DNA of 64,000 nucleotides from Basidiobolus meristosporus CBS 931.73. Lineage: Eukaryota; Fungi; Basidiobolomycota. Each line of letters opens with the position of its first letter. Position 1 is the first letter of the stretch. The stretch covers positions 5,562-69,561 of the forward strand of contig MCFE01000471.1 of assembly GCA_002104905.1 (NCBI GenBank), given 5' to 3'. Of this stretch, positions 54,666 to 64,000 are shown piece by piece. Below the pieces are notes generated by a model. It saw only the letters and a list, made by a program, of their open reading frames with translations. It did not search any database and was not told the origin of the DNA. A program made the translations under genes and the position numbers.

Positions 54666-55462
54666 CCTTTCCTTCCTACTGGACTAGACTTTGGAGCACA
54701 CCTGAAGAAGAGAATTATCCTGGCAAGACAGGCACTCCACAAGCTACTGGCTGTAACTCCTCCTACAACCTCAGCTCCCAGCTGCCTCCTACTACTCAAG
54801 CAGTTTGTCTTCCCTGTCCTGGAATTTGCTTACCACTTCTCTCTCTTACTTCTAGAGACTACACTAAGCTTGACATGTTTGCAGTCTGGTGCATTACATC
54901 CCTGGTACCTCATCTGCCTGAATGCCCCTACAGACATGCTATTCTTGGTGCTTTTGGGTTTATGCCCTATAAGATCAGACTTCTCTACCTTAGAACCAGA
55001 TTGTATCTCAGACTTCACCACTGCAACAACCCATTAATCAAGGCCTGGAAGAGAACACACCACACTACACCTGGCTCCTGCTGGAGAACTATACTTGGAG
55101 ATCCTGAAGTCAAGAAGTTTGCTCACTGTATTCTGCAGTCAGAAAAACCCAAGCTGGCCTTCCTGAAGTACTTAACAGACCTTTGGCAGCAATATCTGAA
55201 GCAGCACACTCCCTTTATGATGAGTATGAATCCTTATCACATTCCCCTTATCAATGTTGTTCACAAATGATTCTTACCTCTCTTGCTACCCCCCTTCCCA
55301 CTGAACAGTGTCTTGAGTACAGAAGAACTATCATCTCTCCTTATTTACTTACCTACAAATTCCCCTCTGCTACACACTCCTGTATCAAAGCTACAAAAGT
55401 AGTGCTGGCTTCTTTGTTTCAACTGAAATAAAGATTTCACCTGTTGGTGACTGTCTCCCCCC
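54666..55462 (+). mobile_element. Older, more diverged 3' fragment of the telomeric LINE
   Basis: Colinear with 52926-53724, with many substitutions, a frameshift and a premature TGA; ends C6-TACC. Confidence 0.9.
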
Positions 55463-55466
55463 TACC

Positions 55467-55575
55467 TCCAGCCACAATACTGCTACCTTAAACCAGTACA
55501 ACTCACCAGAGTTATACTCAAATTCTCACCTCTCAGGCCTGGCTTTCCCTAGCTTACTAGGTATAACCTCAGTTT
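55467..55575 (+). mobile_element. Diverged internal SINE fragment (same variant as the terminal copy 63264-63785)
   Basis: AAACCAGTACAACTCACC...CTCAAATTCTCACCTCTCAGGCCTGGCTTTCC matches the SINE body. Confidence 0.7.
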
Positions 55576-55703
55576 TGTTGTAAGAGTCTTGGAGATATTG
55601 GAAGTGATTGGGAGAACAGGTAGATTATGTGGTTTTCACTTAATGATTTATTGAATGTAAAAGTAGTATTTATACTTTTACATGGTCTTGGCATTACAAA
55701 TAC
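55576..55703 (-). repeat. Copia family B LTR 3' fragment, cut at 55703
   Basis: Matches 24146-24273, then switches abruptly to TTAGGG. Confidence 0.88.
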
Positions 55704-55715
55704 TTAGGGTTAGGG
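55704..55715 (+). repeat. Interstitial telomere seed (TTAGGG)2 at an apparent healed break
   Basis: TTAGGGTTAGGG joins the truncated LTR to the LINE 3' end. Confidence 0.85.
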
Positions 55716-57521
55716 GGGGAGACAGTCACCAACCGGTGAAATCTTTATTTCAGTTGAAACAAAGAAGCCAGCGCTACTGTTGTAGCTTTGATACAAGAGT
55801 GTGTAGCTGAGGGGAATTTGTAGGTAAGTTAATAAGAAGTAATGATAGTTCTTCAGTGCTCAAGACACTGTTCAGTGGGATGGGGGGTAGCAAGAGAGGT
55901 AGGAATGACTTGTGAACAACATTAATGAGGGGAATGTGATAAGGATTGATATTCATCATAAAGGGAGTGTGCTGCTGCAGATATTGCTGCCAAAGGTCTG
56001 TCAAGTACTTCAGGTAGGCCAGCTTGGGTTTTTCTGACTGCAGAATAAATTCAGCAAACTTCTTGACTTCAGGATCTCCAAGTATAGTTCTCCAGCAGGA
56101 GCCAGGTGTAGTGTGGTGTGTTCTCTTCCAGGCCTTAATCAGTGGGTTGTTGCAGTTGTGAAGTCTGAGGTATAATCTGGTTCTAAGGTAGAGAAGTCTG
56201 ATCTTATAGGGCATAAACCCAAAAGCACCAAGAATAGCATGTCTGTAGGGGCATTCAGGCAAATGAGGCACCAAGGAGGTAATGCACCATACTGCAAACT
56301 TGTCAAGCTTAGTGCAGTCTCTAGAAGTAAGAGAGAGAAGTGGTAAGCCAAATTCCAGGACAGGGAAGACAAACTGCTTGAGTAGAAGGAGGCAGCTGGG
56401 AGCTGAAGTTGTGGGAGGAGTAACAGCCAGTAGCTTGTGGAGTGCCTGTCTTGCCAGGATAATTCTCTTCTTCAGGTGTGCTCCAGAGTCTAGTCCAGTA
56501 GGAAGGAAAGGAAAGCCAAGATATGTAGCAGAAACCTGAGCAGGTAGAGTGGAGTTCTCCAAGTTGATGGGAGAGCCCAAAGGTACTGTCTTTGCAATGG
56601 AAAGCTGGAGATTATTCTTCTGCAGATACTGGTGGATGGTCTGAGAGTCTTGTTGCACATTGGAGGAGGATATTCTGATGTCATCAGCAAAGAGAGTAAC
56701 CAGGCAGTCAGCTGAGAGTCTTGGGAAATCATTCAGGAAGATGGCAAACAGTATAAGACCAAGCACAGAGCCTTGAACCACTCCATTAGGAACTGAGAAC
56801 ACAGCTGATTGCTCACTTGGGTGCAGAATTCTTGCTTGTGGATCCAGAAACAGAGACCTGACAAGGAGGGTGAGAGAGGTACTGGAGAAGCATTGCAACT
56901 TGGACCAAAGCAGATTTCTGTCAACTGAATCAAAGGCCTTAGTAATATCAAACAGAACAGAGGGATACTTGCACTGGAGAAAGTGATCTTGGCTAAGTAT
57001 GACTGCATATTCCAAGGAGAGGCCAGGAACAAAGCCAAACTGTGCAGGATGAAACTTGAGGGAGTCAGAGTAGAGCTCCTGAGCAAGCAGAAGCTCAAAC
57101 ACCTTTCTGCAGGTGGGCAGCAGAGATATTGGCCTGTAGGAGCTAGGATCCAGGTGCTTTCCTTTACCCTTGTACAGTGGCAGAACATTTGCAAAGGACC
57201 ATTCCTCAGGAGTAGAAAGCTGGGCTGAGCATTGCTGAAACAGTGGAAGCAGAAGTGCAGACATGGCCTTGGTACTAGTCTTCAGAAGCTCATAAGAGAT
57301 TGTGTCCACACCTGGAGCAGTAGAGTTGGGAAGCCTCTTGAGCACATTATGGATTCTCCTTTGATCAAGTGCAAGTGGGATGGGCAGAGTTGTGAAGTCA
57401 GGATGAAAGCCAGGAGTTGGTACTGCTTTGTAGAGAAGAAGATGTTAGCCAGCTGTTCTGTTGAAGGTAACTTCCTGGAAGAGGCCTCATTGCCTGTAGA
57501 GTCTTGATACTGTTCTTGTTA
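55713..57521 (-). mobile_element. Telomeric LINE copy A, 5'-truncated (RT ORF 55774-57345)
   Basis: Near-identical to the 3' 1.8 kb of the 50790 copy; 3' end faces the centromere. Confidence 0.95.
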
Positions 57522-60120
57522 GGGGGGAGACAGTCACCAACAGGTGAAATCTTTATTTCAGTTGAAACAAAGAAGCCAGCGCTACTGTTGTAGCTTTGAT
57601 ACAAGAGTGTGTAGCTGAGGGGAATTTGTAGGTAAGTTAATAAGAAGTGATGATAGTTCTTCAGTGCTCAAGACACTGTTGAGTGGGAAGGGGGGTAGCA
57701 AGAGAGGTAAGAATGACTTGTGAACAACATTAATGAGGGGAATGTGATAAGGATTGATATTCATCATAAAGGGAGTGTGCTGCTGCAGATATTGCTGCCA
57801 AAGGTCTGTCAAGTACTTCAGGTAGGCCAGCTTGGGTTTTTCTGACTGCAGAATAAATGCAGCAAACTTCTTGACTTCAGGATCTCCAAGTATAGTTCTC
57901 CAGCAGGAGCCAGGTGTTGTGTGGTGTGTTCTCTTCCAGGCCTTAATCAGTGGGTTATTGCAGTTGTGAAGTCTGAGGTATAATCTGGTTCTAAGGTAGA
58001 GAAGTCTGATCTTATAGGGCATAAACCCAAAAGCACCAAGAATAGCATGTCTGTAGGGGCATTCAGGCAAATGAGGCACCAAGGAGGTAATGCACCATAC
58101 TGCAAACTTGTCAAGCTTAGTGCAGTCTCTAGAAGTAAGAGAGAGAAGTGGTAAGCCAAATTCCAGGACAGGGAAGACAAACTGCTTGAGTAGAAGGAGG
58201 CAGCTGGGAGCTGAAGTTGTAGGAGGAGTAACAGCCAGTAGCTTGTGGAGTGCCTGTCTTGCCAGGATAATTCTCTTCTTCAGGTGTGCTCCAGAGTCTA
58301 GTCCAGTAGGAAGGAAAGGAAAGCCAAGATATGTAGCAGAAACCTGAGCAGGTAAGTGGAGTTCTCCAAGTTGATGGGAGAGCCCAAAGGTACTGTCTTT
58401 GCAATGGAAAGCTGGAGATTATTCTTCTGCAGATACTGGTGGATGGTCTGGGAGTCTTGTTGCACATTGGAGGAGGATATTCTGATGTCATCAGCAAAGA
58501 GAGTAACCAGGCAGTCAGCTGAGAGTCTTGGGAAATCATTCAGGAAGATGGCAAACAGTATAGGACCAAGCACAGAGCCTTGAACCACTCCATTAGGAAC
58601 TGAGAACACAGCTGATTGCTCACTTGGGTGCAGAATTCTTGCTTGTGGATCCAGAAACAGAGACCTGACAAGGAGGGTGAGAGAGGTACTGGAGAAGCAT
58701 TGCAACTTGGACCAAAGCAGATTTCTGTCAACTGAATCAAAGGCCTTAGTAATATCAAACAGAACAGAGGGATACTTGCACTGGAGAGAGTGATCTTGGC
58801 TAAGTATGACTGCATATTCCAAGGAGAGGCCAGGAACAAAGCCAAACTGTGCAGGATGAAACTTGAGGGAGTCAGAGTAGAGCTCCTGAGCAAGCAGAAG
58901 CTCAAACACCTTTCTGCAGGTGGGCAGCAGAGATATTGGCCTGTAGGAGCTAGGATCCAGGTGCTTTCCTTTACCCTTGTACAGTGGCAGAACATTTGCA
59001 AAGGACCATTCCTCAGGAGTAGAAAGCTGGGCTGAGCATTGCTGAAACAGTGGAAGCAGAAGTGCAGACATGGCCTTGGTACTAGTCTTCAGAAGCTCAT
59101 AAGGAGATTGTGTCCACACCTGGAGCAGTAGAGTTGGGAAGCCTCTTGAGCACATTATGGATTCTCCTTTGATCAAGTGCAAGTGGGATGGGCAGAGTCT
59201 TGAAGTCAGGATGAAAGCCAGGAGTTGAGTACTGCTTTGTAGAGAAGAAGATGTTAGCCAGCTGTTCTGTTGAAGGTAACTTCCTGGAAGAGGGCCTCAT
59301 TGCCCTGTAGAGTCTTGATACTGTTCTTGTTATAGAGTTGGAAGATTGCAGAGGCAAGGAACTCATAATATGATCCCAGAGCTGAGTATGCAGAGTGTGG
59401 TGAATTGCCTTGGAGTGGTGTATTGCTGTCAGGAGGAGTTTCTCTGTTTTTGGGTTAGGGAAACTCAGGTAGCTTTGTTGCAGGGCTGAAACAATGGATT
59501 CCCATTTTCTTGAGGTAACAGCAGTAGTCTTGCATGGCAGTGAGAGGGAGGCAGACACCAGAATCAGATGCTTCACAAAGAGCCAGGCATAGTTGAGATC
59601 ATCTGGCAGAGAAAGTAGCAAACTGGCAAGCTTCAAGTAGTTCCCAAAGTCATTCTTCTGATTCTTGGTAGCTTTGTGGGTGAGCACAGTAAGTTTTGGC
59701 AGCTCTTCTTCACAACTGGTTGCATAGAAAGGGACCAGGCTGGATGGTCAGAGGCTCTCAAGGATCCTAGCTCAGCTCCAGAGAATTGCTTAACTTCATC
59801 ACAAAGTAGAGGGCAGCAGCAGAAGGGCAGATCCAGTCAACACATCTTTTCTCAGATTGAGCACCTAGTGCTAGCAGATGGCTTTCTCTCAGGAAGTTCA
59901 GTAGGAATGTAGACCTTGGCTTCATTCTTGCAGTCAGAGTAGTCTTGTCTCAGGATGGGAATGTTGAGATCTCCAAGCAAGATAAAGGTGTTGATATAGA
60001 TGTGTATGCTGAACTTCTGGCATATAACTTGACTTCTGAAGGCTAGACTTGAGCAGATAGCAGAGCACAGACTGATAGTTGCAACTGGAGCAGCACAGTA
60101 AGGAGTAAGAGGACACAGAG
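57522..60120 (-). mobile_element. Telomeric LINE copy B, 5'-truncated within APE, with single-base deletions
   Basis: ORF pieces 57582-58082, 58298-59182 and 59097-59687. The deletions cluster at 59.7-60.1 kb and may be sequencing errors. Confidence 0.93.
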
Positions 60121-60125
60121 TGGTA

Positions 60126-62083
60126 GGGGGAGACAGTCACCAACAGGTGAAATCTTTATTTCAGTTGAAACAAAGAAGCCAGCGCTACTGTTGTAGCTTT
60201 GATACAAGAGTGTGTAGCTGAGGGGAATTTGTAGGTAAGTTAATAAGAAGTGATGATAGTTCTTCAGTGCTCAAGACACTGTTCAGTGGGAAGGGGGGTA
60301 GCAAGAGAGGTAAGAATGACTTGTGAACAACATTAATGAGGGGAATGTGATAAGGATTGATATTCATCATAAAGGGAGTGTGCTGCTGCAGATATTGCTG
60401 CCAAAGGTCTGTCAAGTACTTCAGGTAGGCCAGCTTGGGTTTTTCTGACTGCAGAATATAGTGAGCAAACTTCTTGACTTCAGGATCTCCAAGTATAGTT
60501 CTCCAGCAGGAGCCAGGTGTTGTGTGGTGTGTTCTCTTCCAGGCCTTAATCAGTGGGTTGTTGCAGTTGTGAAGTCTGAGGTATAATCTGGTTCTAAGGT
60601 AGAGAAGTCTGATCTTATAGGGCATAAACCCAAAAGCACCAAGAATAGCATGTCTGTAGGGGCATTCAGGCAAATGAGGCACCAAGGAGGTAATGCACCA
60701 TACTGCAAACTTGTCAAGCTTAGTGCAGTCTCTAGAAGTAAGAGAGAGAAGTGGTAAGCCAAATTCCAGGACAGGGAAGACAAACTGCTTGAGTAGAAGG
60801 AGGCAGCTGGGAGCTGAAGTTGTAGGAGGAGTAACAGCCAGTAGCTTGTGGAGTGCCTGTCTTGCCAGGATAATTCTCTTCTTCAGGTGTGCTCCAGAGT
60901 CTAGTCCAGTAGGAAGGAAAGGAAAGCCAAGATATGTAGCAGAAACCTGAGCAGGTAGAGTGGAGTTCTCCAAGTTGATGGGAGAGCCCAAAGGTACTGT
61001 CTTTGCAATGGAAAGCTGGAGATTATTCTTCTGCAGATACTGGTGGATGGTCTGGGAGTCTTGTTGCACATTGGAGGAGGATATTCTGATGTCATCAGCA
61101 AAGAGAGTAACCAGGCAGTCAGCTGAGAGTCTTGGGAAATCATTCAGGAAGATGGCAAACAGTATAGGACCAAGCACAGAGCCTTGAACCACTCCATTAG
61201 GAACTGAGAACACAGCTGATTGCTCACTTGGGTGCAGAATTCTTGCTTGTGGATCCAGAAACAGAGACCTGACAAGGAGGGTGAGAGAGGTACTGGAGAA
61301 GCATTGCAACTTGGACCAAAGCAGATTTCTGTCAACTGAATCAAAGGCCTTAGTAATATCAAACAGAACAGAGGGATACTTGCACTGGAGAGAGTGATCT
61401 TGGCTAAGTATGACTGCATATTCCAAGGAGAGGCCAGGAACAAAGCCAAACTGTGCAGGATGAAACTTGAGGGAGTCAGAGTAGAGCTCCTGAGCAAGCA
61501 GAAGCTCAAACACCTTTCTGCAGGTGGGCAGCAGAGATATTGGCCTGTAGGAGCTAGGATCCAGGTGCTTTCCTTTACCCTTGTACAGTGGCAGAACATT
61601 TGCAAAGGACCATTCCTCAGGAGTAGAAAGCTGGGCTGAGCATTGCTGAAACAGTGGAAGCAGAAGTGCAGACATGGCCTTGGTACTAGTCTTCAGAAGC
61701 TCATAGGAGATTGTGTCCACACCTGGAGCAGTAGAGTTGGGAAGCCTCTTGAGCACATTATGGATTCTCCTTTGATCAAGTGCAAGTGGGATGGGCAGAG
61801 TCTTGAAGTCAGGATGAAAGCCAGGAGTTGAGTACTGCTTTGTAGAGAAGAAGATGTTAGCCAGCTGTTCTGTTGAAGGTAACTTCCTGGAAGAGGGCCT
61901 CATTGCCCTGTAGAGTCTTGATACTGTTCTTGTTATAGAGTTGGAAGATTGCAGAGGCAAGGAACTCATAATATGATCCCAGAGCTGAGTATGCAGAGTG
62001 TGGTGAATTGCCTTGGAGTGGTGTATTGCTGTCAGGAGGAGTTTCTCTGTTTTTGGGTTAGGGAAACTCAGGTAGCTTTGTTG
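60126..62083 (-). mobile_element. Telomeric LINE copy C, 5'-truncated (ORF 60185-61969, open to the truncation)
   Basis: Intact RT frame, near-identical to the 50790 copy. Confidence 0.95.
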
Positions 62084-62114
62084 GATAGAGGGTTAGGGTA
62101 GGGTAGGGTAGGGG
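62084..62114 (+). repeat. Variant telomeric spacer GATAGAGGGTTAGGGTAGGGTAGGGTAGGGG
   Basis: One TTAGGG plus three GGGTA units between LINE C and a SINE. Confidence 0.8.
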
Positions 62115-62631
62115 AGGAAAGTCACCAAGTGGTGAAATCTTTATTTACTTATGACAAGTATCTAAAGAAGCCAAGTTAATCTGAAGTTATTCCTAGAAAG
62201 CTAGGTCTGAGAGATATCTTCCTGGTAAGCCAGGTCTGAGAGTTGAGAAGCTGAGTGGTACTATACTTCCTAGTTAGCTAGGTCTGAGAGAGGTTTCCTG
62301 GAAAGCCAGGCCTGAGAAGTGAGAATCTGAATATATCTGAGCTAAGTTATACTGGTTTGCGGTAGCTGAATTGTGGCCGGAATGGCCAGTAGACTGGGGG
62401 AACTGAGATGAATTTCTGGGCAATCACTGGCCAAATTTACTAGGCAAATCTGGCCAATTAGCATTTCAAGGATTTCAGCCAATCAGAGCCTTTACTTTGC
62501 CCAATGGTTGATCAAGCCATCTCCCAATGAGCACACATCAATTTATTGATCAAATTTTGCTGGATCCAGGATTTGAACCCACAACCATGGGTATGGAAGG
62601 GTTAGGGATAACCACAAGGCTAAGTGTTCTT
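62111..62631 (-). mobile_element. SINE copy 1, full length
   Basis: Reverse complement of 53730-54251 with few substitutions; followed by GGTTGGGTTAGGG. Confidence 0.85.
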
Positions 62632-62641
62632 GGTTGGGTTA

Positions 62642-62972
62642 GGGGGGAGGAAAGTCACCAAGTGGTGAAATCTTTATTTACTTATGACAAGTATCTAAAG
62701 AAGCCAAGTTAATCTGAAGTTATTCCTAGAAAGCTAGGTCTGAGAGATATCTTCCTGGTAAGCCAGGTCTGAGAGTTGAGAAGCTGAGTGGTACTATATT
62801 TCCTAGTTAGCTAGGTCTGAGAGAGGTTTCCTGGAAAGCCAGGCCTGAGAAGTGAGAATCTGAATATATCTGAGCTAACTTATACTGGTTTGTGGTAGCT
62901 GAATTGTGGCCGGAATGGCCAGTAGACTGGGGGAACTGAGATGAATATCTGGGCAATCACTGGCCAAATTTA
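62642..62972 (-). mobile_element. SINE copy 2, 5'-truncated
   Basis: Intact 3' tail; truncated at GGCCAAATTTA, then GGGTTAGGG. Confidence 0.85.
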
Positions 62973-62978
62973 GGGTTA

Positions 62979-63243
62979 GGGGGAGGAAAGTCACCAAGTG
63001 GTGAAATCTTTATTTACTTATGACAAGTATCTAAAGAAGCCAAGTTAATCTGAAGTAATTCCTAGAAAGCTAGGTCTGAGAGAGGTTTCCTGGAAAGCCA
63101 GGCCTGAGAAGTGAGAATCTGAATATATCTGAGCTAAGTTATACTGGTTTGCGGTAGCTGAATTGTGGCCAGAATGGCCAGTAGACTGGGGGAGCTGAGA
63201 TGAATTTCTGGGCGATCACTGGCCAAATTTACTAGGCAAATCT
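62979..63243 (-). mobile_element. SINE copy 3, 5'-truncated with an internal deletion of two hairpin units
   Basis: Jumps between the direct repeats GCTAGGTCTGAGAGA; followed by TAGGGTAGGGTTTAGGGTTAGGG. Confidence 0.83.
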
Positions 63244-63263
63244 TAGGGTAGGGTTTAGGGTTA

Positions 63264-63785
63264 GGGGGAGGAATGTCACCAAGTGGTGAAATCTTTATTT
63301 ACTTATGACAAGTATCTAAAGAAGCCAAGTTAATCTGAAGTTATTCCTAGAAAGCTAGGTCTGAGAGATATCTTCCTGGTAAGCCAGGTCTGAGAGTTGA
63401 GAAGCTGGGTGGTACTATATTTCCTAGTTAGCTAGGTCTGAGAGTGGTTTCCTGGAAAGCCAGGTCTGAGAGGTAAGAATTTGAGTATTTCTGAGGTGAG
63501 TTGTACTGATTTGCGGTAGCTGATTTGTGGCCAGAATGGCCAGTAGACTGGGGGAACTGAGCGGTATTTCTGGGCGATCACTGGTCAAATTTACTAGGCC
63601 AATATGACCAATTAGCATTTCAAGGATTTCAGCCAATCAGAGCCTTTACTTTGCCCGATGGTTGATCAAGCCATCTCCCAATGAGCACACATCAATTTAT
63701 TGATCAAATTTTGTTGGATCCAGGATTTGAACCCACAACCATGGGTATGGAAGGGTTAGGGTTAACCACAAGGCTAAGTGTTCTT
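63264..63785 (-). mobile_element. SINE copy 4, full length, second sequence variant
   Basis: Same ends as copy 1; diagnostic block GAGGTAAGAATTTGAGTATTTCTGAGGTGAGTTGTACTG shared with the 55467-55575 fragment. Confidence 0.85.
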
Positions 63786-63790
63786 GGTTA

Positions 63791-63804
63791 GGGGGGGAGG
63801 AAAG
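63791..63804 (-). mobile_element. 14-nt stub of a SINE 3' end directly under the telomere
   Basis: GGGGGGGAGGAAAG equals the first bases of SINE cDNA (cf. 62642-62654), then pure telomere. Confidence 0.65.
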
Positions 63805-64000
63805 GGTTAGGGTTAGGGTTAGGGTTAGGGTTAGGGTTAGGGTTAGGGTTAGGGTTAGGGTTAGGGTTAGGGTTAGGGTTAGGGTTAGGGTTAGGGTTAG
63901 GGTTAGGGTTAGGGTTAGGGTTAGGGTTAGGGTTAGGGTTAGGGTTAGGGTTAGGGTTAGGGTTAGGGTTAGGGTTAGGGTTAGGGTTAGGGTTAGGTTA
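63804..64000 (+). repeat. Terminal telomeric tract (TTAGGG)n, about 32 units
   Basis: Uninterrupted GGGTTA repeats to the window end, G-rich strand running 5' to 3' outward as expected for a right telomere. Confidence 0.99.

Noticed and set aside
57522-60120. Programmed frameshifts in LINE copy B
   Set aside because: They are scattered 1-bp deletions absent from the other copies and clustered near 59.7-60.1 kb, consistent with read-consensus error or decay.
52017-61831. Antisense and alternate-frame ORFs repeated in each LINE copy
   Set aside because: Shadow ORFs of the RT frame, repeated only because the copies are near-identical.
62111-63785. CRISPR-like repeat-spacer pattern
   Set aside because: The repeats are whole SINE copies and internal hairpin units in a eukaryotic telomere; there are no unique spacers.

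Overview
Right-hand end of a fungal chromosome, probably from an early-diverging (possibly entomophthoralean) fungus; the taxon is an inference from gene content and intron style. There are four zones. (1) 1-24.5 kb: CpG-depleted graveyard of nested Ty1/copia elements (two families, both with a GGTTATGAGCCC half-tRNA-iMet primer site) and decayed CACTA/EnSpm-type transposons. (2) 24.5-46.8 kb: CpG-rich host gene island (YPT1/Rab1, WDR26/GID7, CE4 deacetylase, C2H2 factor, small velvet protein, S1 serine protease with a GPI-like tail, CaM kinase), bracketed by two near-identical copia copies in inverted orientation. (3) 50.8-55.6 kb: an inverted relic of a telomeric retroelement array. (4) 55.7-64 kb: the present chromosome end, a head-to-tail array of three 5'-truncated copies of a non-LTR retrotransposon (APE endonuclease + RT) and four copies of a ~520-bp non-coding element, capped by (TTAGGG)n. 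Main observation: the ~520-bp element has a tRNA-like head (A box, B box, no T4 run) and shares a ~60-nt 3' tail (AATAAA, TCACC-N4-GGTGA hairpin, C-run) with the LINE. All 11 3' junctions of both elements are C-run followed by TA (telomeric CCC-TAA register), with no poly(A). This looks like a telomere-targeted LINE plus its parasitic tRNA-derived SINE that together rebuilt the chromosome end after a break healed at 55704. All calls come from manual reading only; no database searches were run, and the near-identical terminal repeats need long-read confirmation.
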